Positions 37,090-50,564 are shown, counted from the first letter of the stretch. The stretch: 64,000 nt of DNA from Lama guanicoe (GCA_013239625.1 MU053881.1:16608373-16672372), one strand, 5' to 3'. The notes: generated by a model not told the origin, from the letters alone. Program-made: numbers and translations.

Positions 37090-37402
37090 CTTTTTTGTTT
37101 TATTTTATTTTTAAAGATTTAGTTTTATTTAAACATTTGATATTTGATTTTATTTTAAAATGTTTTATTTGCAGAAAATAAAATGTTTTATTTAGATTTA
37201 AGTTTTTCAAATTCCATGTAGATTTAATTTTTTATTTAAAATTTTTGTTTAGATTTAAAAATTTTTAATTTTATTTAGATTTAATTTTTATCTACCATTT
37301 TAAAGTTTTATTTAGATTTAGAATTTTAAAATTTTATTTAGATTTTTTAATTTTTTACATTTCATTTAGATGTTTTTAAAAATTGAAATTTTATTTAGAT
37401 TT
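37090..37402. repeat. AT-rich degenerate minisatellite (TTTTATTTAGATTT units) adjoining an L1M 3' end (about 37403-37760, - strand)
   Basis: About 8 recurrences of (t)ttagattt-like cores at irregular spacing of roughly 25-35 nt. Confidence 0.75.
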
Positions 37403-38669
37403 GCTGTGGAATCATTCGTATAACTAAATGAAATTTACCAAATGGTGCAACCATCACCACCACCCAGTTTTAGAACTTTTCTGTCACCCCAAGAAGATTC
37501 CTCCTGCCCCCTTTTCAGTCCATCCCCACTCCCACCCCCAGCTCCATGGCAACCACTGGTGTGCTTTCTGAGTCTATAGATTTGCCTTTTCTGGGTATTT
37601 CATATAAATGCCATCATACAGTGTGATCCTTTCCATCTGGCTTCTTCCACTCAGCATAATTTGAGGCAGCATGCCTCATTCACTGGTTCCTTTTCATTGC
37701 TGAACAGCATTCCATTTTCTGTATGGACCACAACCTGGTCATCCCTTCACCTGCCGACGGACACAGGCTACCTCGAAGAGCACAGTAATTTGTGTGTTGT
37801 CTGTGTTACTTCCTGGAACCCAGGAACAATCCCACACTCAGAACTTAGAAAAGGCCATAACATCCTTTTCCACCTCGCGTGCCCTGGCCTCCCCTCCCCT
37901 CATTGGCCTGGAACTCCAGCACTGTTGCCTGCAAAGTCACCCCTTTGGGCAACTGGTTAGACCTGCAGGCGTCCCTGACACTCCTTGCCAGGAGGAGAAG
38001 GTGGGCATACTGCCTCTCCAGACCCCCCCGTGTGTTCTGTGCTCATGTGCCCAGCATAACCATACATCTGACCTGATACGGAGAGCAGGGGAGGTCAAGG
38101 GGCTGGGGCAACTGTGACCAAGTTTGAGCCCCACATTGGCACCTGGGGGACCCTCTTCCTTGCACAGTCCCCTGACCTGCCTTCTGATTTCAGGGAAGGT
38201 TTGATCCTTGCCTGTACAGCTAACAAGCCTGCACAGATCCTCCCCTCCCGGGGATCATGGCCTGTGTCACGCAGCTTCCTTTGGTTTCCCGTCATCAGCC
38301 AGAGGAGCTGGCTTCGGCAGTGAGCTCATTTGAATCTCTCTCAGCTCCTTCCATGGTGAATGGCCTTGAGCACGTTGCTTCACTCTCTGACCTGTGATGC
38401 TGTAATCGGGGCAGAAGATAATAATGAGGTTATTATGTCATTATATCCTTATTACATATTACTAGTAATGACAGGAACTCAACAGGTTGGCCAGTGCTCT
38501 GCAAAGGATGAATTGCTTAAGGACCTCGATTAACATCATTGAAGTTGATTTGTAAAGTTCTACATCTTCTGTATGGGGAAGAGGACGAGATATTTCTGGA
38601 TGCCTGGAACAGTTTCTTGGGAAAACAGAGGAACATAGTATTTTTTGGATCCATTTTTTTTTCACTTTC

Positions 38670-39246
38670 AATTCTTTTTTAACTGAGGTGAAATTCACAA
38701 AACAAAAAGTTAATCACTTCAGGTGTACTACTCAGTGGCATTAAGTACATTCACAACATTGTACAAACATACCCTCTGTCTAGTTCTAGAATAGTCCCAT
38801 CACCCCAGAAGGAGATCCTGTCCCCATGAGCACCCCTCCCCAGCCCTAGGCAGCCTTGTAATCTGTTTTCTGTCTCTATGGATTTGCCTGTTCTGGGTAT
38901 TTCATATCAGTGGAATCATTCACCAAGTAGCCTTTTGTGTCTGGCTTCTTTCCCTCAGCATGATGTTTCAAGGTTCAACCACATTGTAGTGCATGTCAGA
39001 GCATCATCCCTTTTTGTGACTGAATAATATTCCATTGTATGGGTGGGCCACATTTTGTTAATCTGTTCATCTGTTGATGGACATTTGGGCTAGTTCCACC
39101 TTTTGGCAATTGTGAGCCATGCTGCTGTGAACATCCGTGTACAAGGATTTGTTTGAGTCCCTGTTTTCAGTTCTCTTGGGTCTGTACCTAGGAGTGGAAT
39201 GGCTGGGCCATATGGTAACTCTGTGTTTAACTTTTTGGGAACCACC
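38670..39246 (-). mobile_element. L1MB-like 3' end
   Basis: tgaggtgaaattcac...ctgtctctatggatttgcctgttctgg...cctaggagtggaatggctggg. Confidence 0.8.
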
Positions 39247-39797
39247 TAATCAGATCCATTTTTAAAAGGATCTTTTGGGCTGGAGACAGTGCTGGTCTTC
39301 TGACCATCCATCCGCTGCCCCCTGCCCCCTGCCCCAGGGATATTTATTCTTCTGATGACATTTATTTGAGCCTTTAAATGCACAATCTCGTTTCCTCCCT
39401 CCAGGCCCCATGATGGCTCTGTCTCTACCACACACTTTCTTCCTCCTCCTGTTCCAGGAACACTGGGCTCCTCCCCTCTCCCACTGGGAGCCAAGCCACG
39501 GGCTGGATGAGTGACATTGCAGCTTTGTTAGGATGGACCTCACCTGGGATGGCAAAGTTGGCCCTCTTTCCAGATCAGGAAACTCAGGCTCACAGCCTCA
39601 GTTTGGGAACCCTTTACCACCACACCAGACCCCTCGCATTCCTGGTCCTTCAACATCTATGCAGTTTGTTCATCACCCAGGGGCAAATGCTATTACATGG
39701 TCCCTGTACTACAGACGCTTTTCTGGTTGAATTTGGGGGAGGGGGTAGGAAAAAATCTTAAAGAGAGCCAGGCCCAGATGGAAAAATATCCACAATT

Positions 39798-40256
39798 TAC
39801 TGGGGTCAGTGGCGCCCCTATCCAAAGATATACCCGCATCCTAACCTCCCATATCTGTGAATGGGAACTTCTTGGAAAAAAGAATCTTTCCAGATGTGGT
39901 GAAGTGAAAGATCTTGAGATGAGTGCATCCCAGAGTTAGGGTGGCCCTGAAGTCCAGTGACAGCTGGCCTTCTAGGAAAAGAGAAGGGGAAACAGAGGAA
40001 GGAAGACTGTATGAAGATGGAGGAAGAGATGGGAGTGATGCAGCCACAAGCCAAGGAACGCTGAGGGTTGCCGGCAGCCACCAGGAGCCAGGAGAGAGGG
40101 GCCTGGGCGATTCCCCCTTGGAGCCTCCAGGAGGAACCCACCTTGCCCACCCCTCGATCTCACACCTCTGACCTCCAGGACTGTCAGACAACAATGTATT
40201 GTGTAAAGCCACCTATTTTGTGGTCCTGTGTCACAGCTGCAGGAAACTCATGCACA
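39798..40256 (+). mobile_element. MLT1C/D-like MaLR LTR
   Basis: gatgcagccacaagccaaggaacgc...ggagcctccaggagga...ctctgacctccaggactgt...aagccacc...gcaggaaactcatgca. Confidence 0.75.
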
Positions 40257-40845
40257 CGGACAGAAGGGGAGAGCTGAGGTCTCTGCAGGCTGGACCAAGG
40301 CTGGACGTGGCAGAGGACTCCCGCTGCACGTTACCTCGGCCCAGCAGGGAGTAAGATGCACCCACCAATGGCCAGGGTGGAGCAAGACAAATGCCATGAG
40401 AGGTGCAATTATTATTGCTCTCATCACCATTATGATTATTGAGTCATTACTGGCCTCCGTGAAATGGGGGACCCATTATCCGCCCCCCACTCCAGCCCAT
40501 TCCTCCATTCCCCACCCCAGTTAATGGAACCCCTCCTTCTGCCTAGGCTAGACTTGCCAGATCAAACAGGATGCCCAGTGAAATCTGAATTTCAGATAGA
40601 TGAGGAGTGATGTTTTTGCCTAAGTACATCCCCATCTAACCGCTCTCCCCTGCCCTTCTTAGCTTAGAGTCATTGTCTTTACAAATAATCTCTTAATTTT
40701 GGAATGACAAATCTAATTGCAGAAAAGCTGTGAAGATTGTATCTTGACTTCTCGTCGTCTTAGCCCAGTTTCCCCGAAAGTGTGCATCTTACAAGACCAC
40801 AGTGTATTTGTCAAAACTGAGAAATTAACGTTGGGGCGATGCTAT

Positions 40846-40957
40846 CTGGGGGGGGGGTAATTATTTTTCTTTGTTTTTTAATGGAGGTACTGGGGATTGA
40901 ACCCAGGACCTCATGCACGCTAAGCATGCACTCTACCACCCAGCTATACCCTCCTGC
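40846..40957 (-). mobile_element. tRNA-derived SINE (Vic-1-like) nested in an L1MC-like fragment
   Basis: Reverse complement of the same tRNA head plus tail ...aattaccccccc. Degenerate TSD ggggcgatgctat / gggacgatgctgt. Confidence 0.85.
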
Positions 40958-41867
40958 GGGACGATGCTGTTGACTGCGCTTCAGACTGTGTTTGATGCCC
41001 CGACATTATCCGTGCACGTCCTCTTTTGGTTCCAGATCCCATACTGCATTTAGTCATCATGCTGCCCAGCCTCCTCTGGTCTGTGACAGTTTCTCAGACT
41101 TTGTTTCATGGCCTTGACAGTCTGGTAGAATGCTGGCTGTGTCTCCCCCCAGGACAACCGAATATCCCCCCAATCTGGATCTGTCTGATGTTTTATTGTG
41201 ATGAGATGGGATTCGGGGAGGGGACCACGGAGGTGGGGGGCCCTCCATGTCACACCATCCCAGGGGTAGCTGATGTCTGCGTGAGTTTCCACTGTGATGT
41301 GAATGCTGTGCTTCATGCGAACCAGAGGGAATTTGGTTCCTGGAAAGCAGAAGACAGAGAAGCAGGCACCAGGCGCGGGTTGCACCCGCTTCACGCTGCC
41401 GGAAGACAGATTTTAATGGGAGAAAACGGTTGCAGAAGGATGTCTCCAACTGCAGAGCTTGGAATCCTGAAACGGTTCTGTTATCTTCTTCCCAGTTTCC
41501 CAGTGTGCACATGTGACAGCTCAATGAGCGATAAGAGAGGCAGACACTTTTGAGAGGTTTGCCTGAAGCATGTTCCTCTAACTTGCAGCCTAAAGAACGT
41601 GGACTGAGCCATTTTAACTCTCAGAGTTGACTGAATCTGCACAGCAGCTCTGGGACGTTATCCAAATTTTCCCAAGGGGAATGGAGGCTCAGAGAGGCTG
41701 AGGTACCTCCTGAAGGTCACACAGCAACTTGGTTCTGATTACACCCACCGGCTCCACTCCCTACTGCAAGAAGCCTCAGTAGTTAAGTGGCATCTACCCT
41801 GGAATATGGCGGGGGTGGTGGAGGGTGGGCAGGCCAGTGTGAGAATTGTGTTACAGGGGCCTGCAAG

Positions 41868-42040
41868 CAGGATTTTCCAACCTCAGCACTGCTGGATTTG
41901 GGAGCTGGACCATTCTGTGCCATGGGGCTGGCCTGTGCACTGTAGGATACTGGGCAGCATCCCTGTCTCCACCCCTCAGATGCCAGTAGCATCCCCCAGT
42001 CATGACAACCAAAATGTCTCCAAATTTTCCCCAGGAGGGC
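41868..42040 (-). mobile_element. MER20-like hAT transposon
   Basis: caacctcagcactgctggatttggg...gcagcatccctg...agatgccagtagcatcc...gacaaccaaaatgtctcc. Confidence 0.72.
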
Positions 42041-42694
42041 AGAGGAGAGACCCACAGGAGGCCAGGCTGTGATTTGCATTTGCAGGAAACTCTGGGGCCC
42101 TGCTAGGCAGTCAGCCCCCTTCCCAGCTCCGGGATGGAAACCTCCCTTCATCACCACCGTCACTGGTGGGCGTGGAAGACGTTGGCCATTTGCAATTTAA
42201 TAAGAAAAGTCTGAGCTCCCCTAAGCCAGGGGAGCCTTGTGCTCAGCGATCTGTACTGTTTACACCAAACGATGACTTACGAGTCGCAGAAGACTCATCA
42301 CATGCCGGTGTACGCAGAGCAAGAAAAACCAGAGGGTCAGTCAGCAATCGTGGCCTGACTCACGTGCCTCCGGGCTGGGAGCACGGCCAAGGTCTGACAC
42401 AACCTGCGATGTCACACCTGTGCCCGCAGCCCAGGGACAGCGCCCTTCTGAGAAAGTACTGGCCAAACCCAAGGCAATCAGGCTCAGTCGTGGGCCTGCT
42501 TGCCATACCCAGGCTGTGAAGGGGTGGTGGACCCCTGGTGGCTTGGCACACTCAGGAGCCCTGGGCTATTTGTAGGAGGCAGGCTGAGTCTACGGTGGAG
42601 GGGGCTGCTGGGCAGAAACCCCTGGAGAAAGGGGGAGGGGAGCGGAATCTCAGATACACACCCTCTGGTTCTGAGTATTCATTTTCGTTTTAAC

Positions 42695-43285
42695 TTTTTA
42701 AAAAAATTGAGGTGAAACTCACATCATATAAAATTAACCGGTCTTAGTCCTGCTATAAAAAACAACCATAAACTGGGTGGCTTAGAAACAGCAGAAATGT
42801 ATTTCTCTAAGTTCTGGAGGTGGCAAGTTCAAGATCAAGGTGCCGGCTGATTTAGTTCACTCAGCACGATGTTTTCAAGGCTCATCCACTTTGGGGCATG
42901 AGTCAGGGCTGTGTTCCTTTTTTTTTTTTTTAATATAGCAGAATAATTTTCCATTGTGCAGATGGACCACATTTTGTGTATCCATTCATCAGCAGATGGA
43001 TATATATTTTTTGGCTATTGTGAATAGTGCTGCTATGAACATGTGTGTGCAAGAATTTGTTTGAACACCTGTTTTTAATTCTTTGGGGTCTATACTTAGG
43101 AGTGGAATTGCTGGGTCATGTGGTAATTCTATGTTTAACCTTTTGAGGAACCGCCAAAGTGTTTTTCTGCGGTGACTACAGCATTTTGTGTTCTCACCAG
43201 CAGGGCACCAGGGTTCCGGTTTCTCCACACTAACACTTGTTATTTTCGTTTTGATTGATTTATTTATTTTTGTCAATCTAGTGGG
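42695..43285 (-). mobile_element. L1MB-like fragment with MLT1 piece (about 42741-42858)
   Basis: ggagtggaattgctgggtcatgtggtaattctatgtttaacc; the ORF remnant KTLWRFLKRLNIELPHDPAIPLLSI resembles the L1 ORF2 C-terminus. Confidence 0.75.
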
Positions 43286-44361
43286 TTGGATTTGCATCCA
43301 TTTTTAAGCATCTGCTGCGTGCAGGCTCAGTCCCAAGCATTGTCAGGGATGGGCATGGGGGTGGTTCCCTGGCCTGGAAGAACTTGCAGGGATGCTTGGA
43401 ACGGGGTGGGAGCCTACATAGCTTCACAAGGCCAGGAGGGGCATCTGGGAAGACTTCCTGGAGGAGGGGATGATGGATAGAAATGGGTTAGGCCAAGGGT
43501 CTCAATTTCCAGCCCTCAGGAGGGCTGCCTGTTTTTTATAAATAAGATTTTACTGGAACACGTTCACACTCATTCCTTTCCATGTTGTCTGTAGCTGCTC
43601 TGCACCACAACAGCAGAATTGAGTCATTTCGAGGGAATGTATGATCCAGAAAGGTGAAAATGTTAACTCTCAGGCCCCTTATAGACAAAGTCTGCCGACT
43701 CTTGGGTCAAACCAAGGAGGAGCAGCATGTACATTGCCCAGACTCAAGAGGAGCTGTCAAGGTCAGGGACTGTGTCCTCGGTTTTTCTACCTGGTTGGGG
43801 TGCCCAGTGTCTGAGGGGGGCGTGAGAGATGAGGCTGGGGAATCGGGAGGACTCTAGGGGTGACTGCCTCCTGCACTGAGCTGGGGAGGTTGACAGTGGG
43901 GCCCCTCACTGGCTCTGATCTCTCCCCTCTTGTCCTGCTCTGGGCCCGGAGGCTGGTCTCTAACGCATCGGTGGCTGCCTGTTGGGTTAGGTCAGTGAGA
44001 GGGCCCTGACGGGGCACTGAGGGCAGGAGGGAAGTGACTTAGGGAATCGGTCCTCTGTGGTCCCCCCTGCCTGGTGTCTGCAGTGGCTTCATCGTCTGCT
44101 AAAGGCCGTAGCCCCCTGCCCCAGCACAGTGCCTGCCCCTCCCTCACTCTTGCGGCTGTTGGGTAGTAACGGCCCCCTTACATGGTGCATCCCAGGTGCT
44201 GGACCAGCCCTGCTGGCTTCCCAAACCCTGTCCTTTTCCCCGATCTCCCTCGTCACCCAGTGTGAGCGTCCAGCTGAGCTGTGTCCTGGGGAATGCAGGG
44301 ACACCCTTGCCCCCACCCCACCGCTAAAGAGTTAGCAGAAGAAAACAACAAAACTTATTTT

Positions 44362-44730
44362 TTATGGGCTGAATGTTTGTGTCCCCCACCCTCAATTCAT
44401 ATGTTGAAATCTTAACCCACAATGTGATGACATTAGGAGGTGGGGCCTTTGGGAGGGGATTAGGTCATGAGGGTGGAGCCCCCATGATGGGATCAGTACC
44501 CTTATTAAAAAGAACCCAGAGGACTCCCTCACCCCTGCCGTGTGAGGACACAGTGACATATCAACGTATATCGTCTGCCGCTGGGAATCAGGCTTACACC
44601 AGAAGCTGACCTTGCTGGCACCTTGATCTCAGACTCCCAGCCTCCAGCACAGTGAGAGGTCAAAATCAGTTGTTGACAAGCCACCCAGTCGCTGGTATTC
44701 TGGTACAGCAGCCTGTGCCGACTAAGTCAG
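44362..44730 (+). mobile_element. MLT1A-like MaLR LTR
   Basis: tatgggctgaatgtttgtgtcccc...ggaggtggggcctttggg...ccttgatctcagactcccagcctccag. Confidence 0.8.
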
Positions 44731-45007
44731 GCTACATTATCTTGCCCTAGCTGGTCCTCCACTCAGGGTCCCACAAAGCTGCGAGCAAGGTGTCAGCCAG
44801 GGCAGGAGTCTCACCTGAGGCCAGGGCTCCTCCTCCAGGCTCCCTGGGTGTTGGCAGAACCCAGTTCCTTGCGGTTGTAGGACGGAGGCCTCGGCTTCTA
44901 GAGGCCGCCCACCCGCCCTCCGCACACCTGGGCAGCAAGTTTCCCCAGGGCCCACAGGACGGCGGCTCTGCTACTTCCAGTCTCTGATGTCTCCACCCTT
45001 AAAAAAA

Positions 45008-45008
45008 T

Positions 45009-45063
<55 letters not shown>

Positions 45064-45068
45064 TATTT
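45008..45068. repeat. (TTTA)n microsatellite
   Basis: Direct inspection. Confidence 0.95.
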
Positions 45069-45455
45069 AGGGGGAAGGACATGGATGAACGCAAAAGGAC
45101 AAATACTGCATGATTCTACTTACTCGAGGTCCCTCGGGTGGTCAGATTCATGGATAGAAGGTAGAATGGTGGGTCCGGGGGCTGGGGCAAGGGGATGGCG
45201 GGGCTGTGGTGTTTAATGGGCACGGAGTTTCAGTTGGGGAAAGTGAACAAGTTCTGGACCTGGATGGTGGGGATGGTTGCACAGCGGTGTGAATGCACTT
45301 AATGCCACTGAACTGTTGTGCACTTACAGAGAGCTAAAATGGTCATTTCTTTTATGGATATTTTACCACAGTTTAAAACAATTATGTTGGGTAAACCCCA
45401 AATTAAATGAACTAGTTGGACTTGAAGAAAAATGTCTTCTCAAAAAGAGGGTCAA

Positions 45456-45591
45456 AGCGAGGAGGGTGTAGCTCAGTGGTAGAGTGCATGTTTAGCATGC
45501 ATGAGGTCCTGGGTTGAATCCCTAGTACCTCCATTAAATAAATAAATAAACCTAACCCCCCCCATAAATAAATAAATAAAATTTAAAAGAA
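45456..45591 (+). mobile_element. tRNA-derived SINE (Vic-1-like)
   Basis: tRNA head and (AATA)n-C-run-(AATA)n tail; 14-bp TSD aaaaagagggtcaa at 45442-45455 and 45592-45605. Confidence 0.88.
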
Positions 45592-48500
45592 AAAAAGAGG
45601 GTCAAGAAGTCAGAGACTGGAAGTCTCAGACTTTCGTGTCAAAAGTTCTCTGTCCCCATGCACAGAGGAGGCCTCTGTTGACTTTTGAGGCCTTTTGGAG
45701 GTGACTAGCTTTTGGCTTTTGTCTTCTTCGGGCCCAAGGGGAGCACTTGGAAGTGTTTTCAGGGGGCTAGCTGGCCACCTGCCAGAACCTTTTACCAAGC
45801 TTATTGATTTGTGGTGACAAAGGGCCACACATCTGAGGACCATGTCCCCGTGACTCACTGTGTCCGGGCACCCAGAGGCTGTGTACTGAAGGTGGTGACC
45901 CCCAGGGGGGCGCTGAGTGCCTGCGGCTCCCAGACACCTTCTCCTGAGTCACCAGAGAAACCAGCAGGCAGTGGGGACTCCGCCAGGTTGGAGGGACGAG
46001 CCTGGGGGTGTTCCACGCAGTGCATCAGCTCCTTCAGGGACAGACCTTCCAAGTTTGGGTCCAGTCTGGGGACCCTGGGCAAGTCACTGAGCCTGTTTCC
46101 ACCCATGCCAAGTGGGGCTTGGCGAAGGGGGTGGGTGGGAGTAGGGTGGATTGTGAGGAGAAGACTGTGCTTTGAAGCACCTGGCGTGGAGGGAATGCTG
46201 GCTCACGGTGGCCACCATCATCATCACAGCTCCCCGGGGGCAGGGAGGTGGTCCCGGTTAGCACAGATTCTTACAGGCCTCTTTCCACTACCATCAGCCC
46301 CTCCACGGCCGGTAAGACCAGGACACGTCTTGTCCTTCCCCTGGGGAATTCCTCCACCTACCCAGAGTTGGAACTATTTGCATTTTCTTCCCAGACAGAG
46401 CAGGGTTCCCTGGGGTCTGGGGGCTGGCGGGACTCTAAGCACCAGCACCAATAGTGGGTGAAAGGTTCAGCTGAAGCCTCCTGCTCCACCCTCCAGCTTG
46501 AGCTGCCTCCTGCGAGGGTGCCCGGATGCTGAACTGGTGGGAGGGGCGGCATCTGAGCCATTGCTGCCCCTCAGTGCATACACTCGGTGCTCAATAAATG
46601 CCTGTCAGATCTTTTCAAATGAAGGTGAAACTTGCATGCAGCTGACTGCGCTAATGCGGAGTGCATGCTGGGTGGATTTTCCTGACGTGACCGTCACCAG
46701 TTCAACACGTGTTGATCTAGTACCGCCAGAGCTCCCTCGGCCAGTGAGGGAAATCGCGCCTCACACTGCTGTCCCCAGAGACGAGTTTTGCCAGCTGTCG
46801 GTTTCTCGGATGGAATTCACTGTGGAATCACCATTAGGCCGTCTTCCGTATCTGGCTCCTTTGCTTAACGCTGTGCCTACTCTGTTCCTCCACATTCTGT
46901 ATGTAGTTGGGATTCCCCCTCCCCCAGCCATTGGTGAATTCTATCCCATTAAATGAATATACTACAGTTCATCGATGACATGTGGGCTCTTTTCTTTTTT
47001 CTTTTCTTTTCTTTTCCTTTCCTTTCCTTTCCTTCCTTTCTTTTCTTTTTTTGCCACTATGAATAACGTGGCTACATTTCCTTTGTGTGGACACATGGGT
47101 CTATTTCTTTAGGGGCAGATACCTAGGAGTGGGATTACCGGGTCATAGCTTTAGTGGATACTGACAATCGGTTTTCCAAAGTGGCCGTACCGATCTATTG
47201 CTTGTGAAAGCAAAACCACCACTCAGAAGGGAGGGACTAGCTCCCTAAGAGCATGGCCCACAGAGTCTGCAAGAAGAAAAATCCTAAACGTGAAACTTGG
47301 ACCAGATTTGAGAGCACCCCCTCGCCGGGGCTGGAGAGGTGGGGCAGGTAGGCAAGTAGTGCTTGGGCTGAATTTTGTGAAATAAGACATCCTCACCATA
47401 TGTGAACTGTGTAACACTCGCCACACCCACTTTACACATGTCTCGGGTCCTGATTTCCGCGATCACCAACCCCGCACCAGGGGAATGGTCTTTAAGAAAA
47501 ATGTTGAAAATGTTGAATGTGGCTTTGGACAGATCTAGCTTTGGGTTCCAGGGCTGCCTGCTTAGCCGGGTGTGACTTTACTGGGGGCAAGTTTGCCTCC
47601 CCTCTCTGTGCCTTGGGCTTCCCTCTCTGTAAAACGGGAAAGGCGCTGGGGGCATGGTGGAAGCCTCAAGGGCACACTGGGAGGATTAGGGAGACACTGA
47701 TCGAAGGTGACTGAAAAAAAATCCTGGCTCGCTGTGGGCGGCCAACAGATGTACCTCGGTCTCAGCTGCCAGTGGCTCATTGGAGGGAGATTCCTTTCTT
47801 TTCCTCGGAAGATGTGTGACAGTTTACGAGAACTCGGCCTGGCCAATTTATTTCAAATATGCACTTGGCCTCCCCGCCCCATCCACATTCCCCTTATCAC
47901 TCCGGTGGAGGAGTCAGGGATTCCTGCCAGAGCATCACTTTCCCTCCTTGGGTCTGCCTGCTGCCAGTGCAGCCCTCCGCCCGCGCTCCCAGCCTCTGCA
48001 GCTGGAGGAGGCCGGCTGGAAGTGTTTCCAGGGGCCAGTTGCATAAACTCTGTGTTACGTAAGTCCTGAGTTGATTTTTGGAAAACTAACCCCCCCACTT
48101 TTTTTTTTTTTCCTCTAGAAGATTTTCCAGTGTCACCCAAACACCTAGCTCCTGGGGGTGTGGTTGTTTACACGTCTCGGTCGGAACAGTGTGTTTGAAG
48201 GCCAGGGAGAACCGTGTGTGAGTGCTTTCGATTGTGGAAAAACAAATGTGATTTTGAGAAATGCAAAAAAAAAAAAAAGAGGAAAAATTAAACGGAAAAC
48301 AACGGCTGACAGAGCTAGAACTTTGAGGTACAACACCGACTGAATGATTTCTGATGATCTGGGGAAGAAGGTTCCAGAATACGCTTCTAGGAGGCTCTTG
48401 GGCTCCTGGCAGGCTGCTGGGTCATGCCCCTCACCCTCCACACCACATCACTCGGGCCACTCCGGACGTGCAGGGGAGGACAGACGGCTGCTTCTTTTCC

Positions 48501-49169
48501 CGGGACTGTGAGCACGCGTCCCCAGGCGCTTAAAAATAGCCACGGTTTATTGCAGACCTGAGTCTAACAATCAGGGTTTTCTTCAGATGTAAAAACTTTT
48601 CCACCAAAAGAGCAGTTTTTTGAAAATATGTGTAGTAAGAGAGAGTTTTCCTTTTTCCTTTTTTTTTCCCCTTCCTAGGAGTAGATGGGAAAGGCTTGGA
48701 TTTAAAGTGGCCAGCCCTGTGTCCTGCTTGAGTGCGTGTGAGTGTGTGTTTGAGGCTTACGACTGGCATAGGGGAGAAGGAAACTAACACTGAAGACCTA
48801 CTATGTGCCAGGCCCTGCCAGGAGCCCCCTGGGTCCTCAGGACTCAGACAGCCATTGATATTTTTACCACTTTGTAGTGAGAGAGGGAAATCCTCAGCTG
48901 AGCCAGGAGTTCCACCGTCTGATCGCAAAGCCTCTGATCCTGACCCAGACTTATTCCCCACCCACCTTGAGCCCTGTGGGGGTCCATAGACCCTCTAAAA
49001 CTGAAGGCAAGCTGCCAACACATTTATCTACAATGAATTGTCTCCAGCTTTCATCACACGGGGCCCAGGACATCAAAAAGGTACAAAACCATGCCCGCCA
49101 GAGAGGCTTTTTAGAGACCCACAGCCTTGAGCTAGAGTCAAGGTGCTTCTCTTTTCCTATCCTCGGGTT

Positions 49170-49360
49170 TTTTTAAGTTTATTTTATATATTTTTATTAT
49201 ACTTCCTTATTTTTGTAATTTTCCCACACATACACTCTTTTTCTGTGGGGAGAGGTAATCTGGTTTATGTACTTTATTATTTTTAGTGGGGGTACTGGGG
49301 ATTGAACCCAGACCTCATGCATGCTAAGCAAGTGCTCTACCACTGAGCTATATCCTCTGT
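49170..49360 (-). mobile_element. tRNA-derived SINE (Vic-1-like)
   Basis: ggtactggggattgaacccagacctcatgcatgctaagcaagtgctctaccactgagctatatcctc, with a T-rich tail to the left. Confidence 0.82.
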
Positions 49361-50564
49361 CACTCTGATCCTCAGTTTTGACATCTGGGAAATGGGTTGT
49401 ATCTCCTGGTAAATGCTAGATACGTGGTTCTGTGCCCCTCCCAACTTTCCACCAGACACTGATGTGTCCACGGGCGAGGAGGATTTTTCCTACTTTCATA
49501 GGTCACATGTATAATGTGACCACCTTGATTTTCATGGGGGAAGCTCAGGGCAGCAATATGACTTCCAGGGGCCTGCTTTTGCCTTGGATTTCTACCTGGC
49601 TGAAAGGACCAACTGTCACAAAAAGACTAGATCATCAGATTTAGCCTATAAAACACGGGGTGCCCAGTTAACTTTGAGATTTGGATGAAAAACACTTTTT
49701 TTTTAAGTATAAATAGGTACCAAGTATTGCATAGAATGGGACACACTTCCTCCATTAAAAAAGAGTTCAAACACTTTAATAGATTTTCGTAGGCCCTGAA
49801 AATTTCATTCCCCCTACCCCGAAATCAGAAAAAATAAGAGCTATTTTTTCTGCTCTAAAATTTTTTTTTAATTCTGATTTTAAAAGAAATCAAGACATTT
49901 CTGTGGACTCCCAAAAGTATCAAGGCTCTGGCCCTCCTGTTGCTGATGCATCAGCCGACCCTGGAGAAGGTGGCCTTCCCTTAATTCCACATGGGGACCA
50001 CCGCTGTTCCCTTACGTGATGCAGCCTGGTATCTCCCAAGCCTCAGGCCTGTGCAGGACCCGGGACCAGGTTCTGGGAAAAATCGAGGCGGAGGAGGGTT
50101 GCCTGTTCAGACCGATCGGCCACTCACAGAGATGCTTCCGGCCCTGACGGGCTCCGTTTGAATACGAGGAAGTGTGAATCAGACCTCAGTGCCCCGGGAG
50201 GCAGGCCCAGTGAGGTGTCTTTTCACGGAGCTACCCTGAATGCTCACCCCTTTGCTCACTGGCCTTCCGGTGGCCTGGGGTTTGGGGACAAATTTAGATT
50301 ATCTGTCATCTGACTGAAATGGACCTTCAAAGAACTCCCAGGGTCTTAACAAATTCTTTGTCGCCAGACCTTTCTCGAGGAACCGGAAGAGAATCAGAGA
50401 CCTCTCGGAGGCTTAGGCCCCAGTGGGGTCTGGCTGAGACGAACCAGGCAGACCAGACATTTGGGGCCTGAAATGCCTGGAGTTGCCTTTGATTTCTGCC
50501 TGGCTGTGGTTTCTGTGATTTTTGTGATTTCTGCCTGGTTGTGAGAAACGAACTTACAAAAGCC

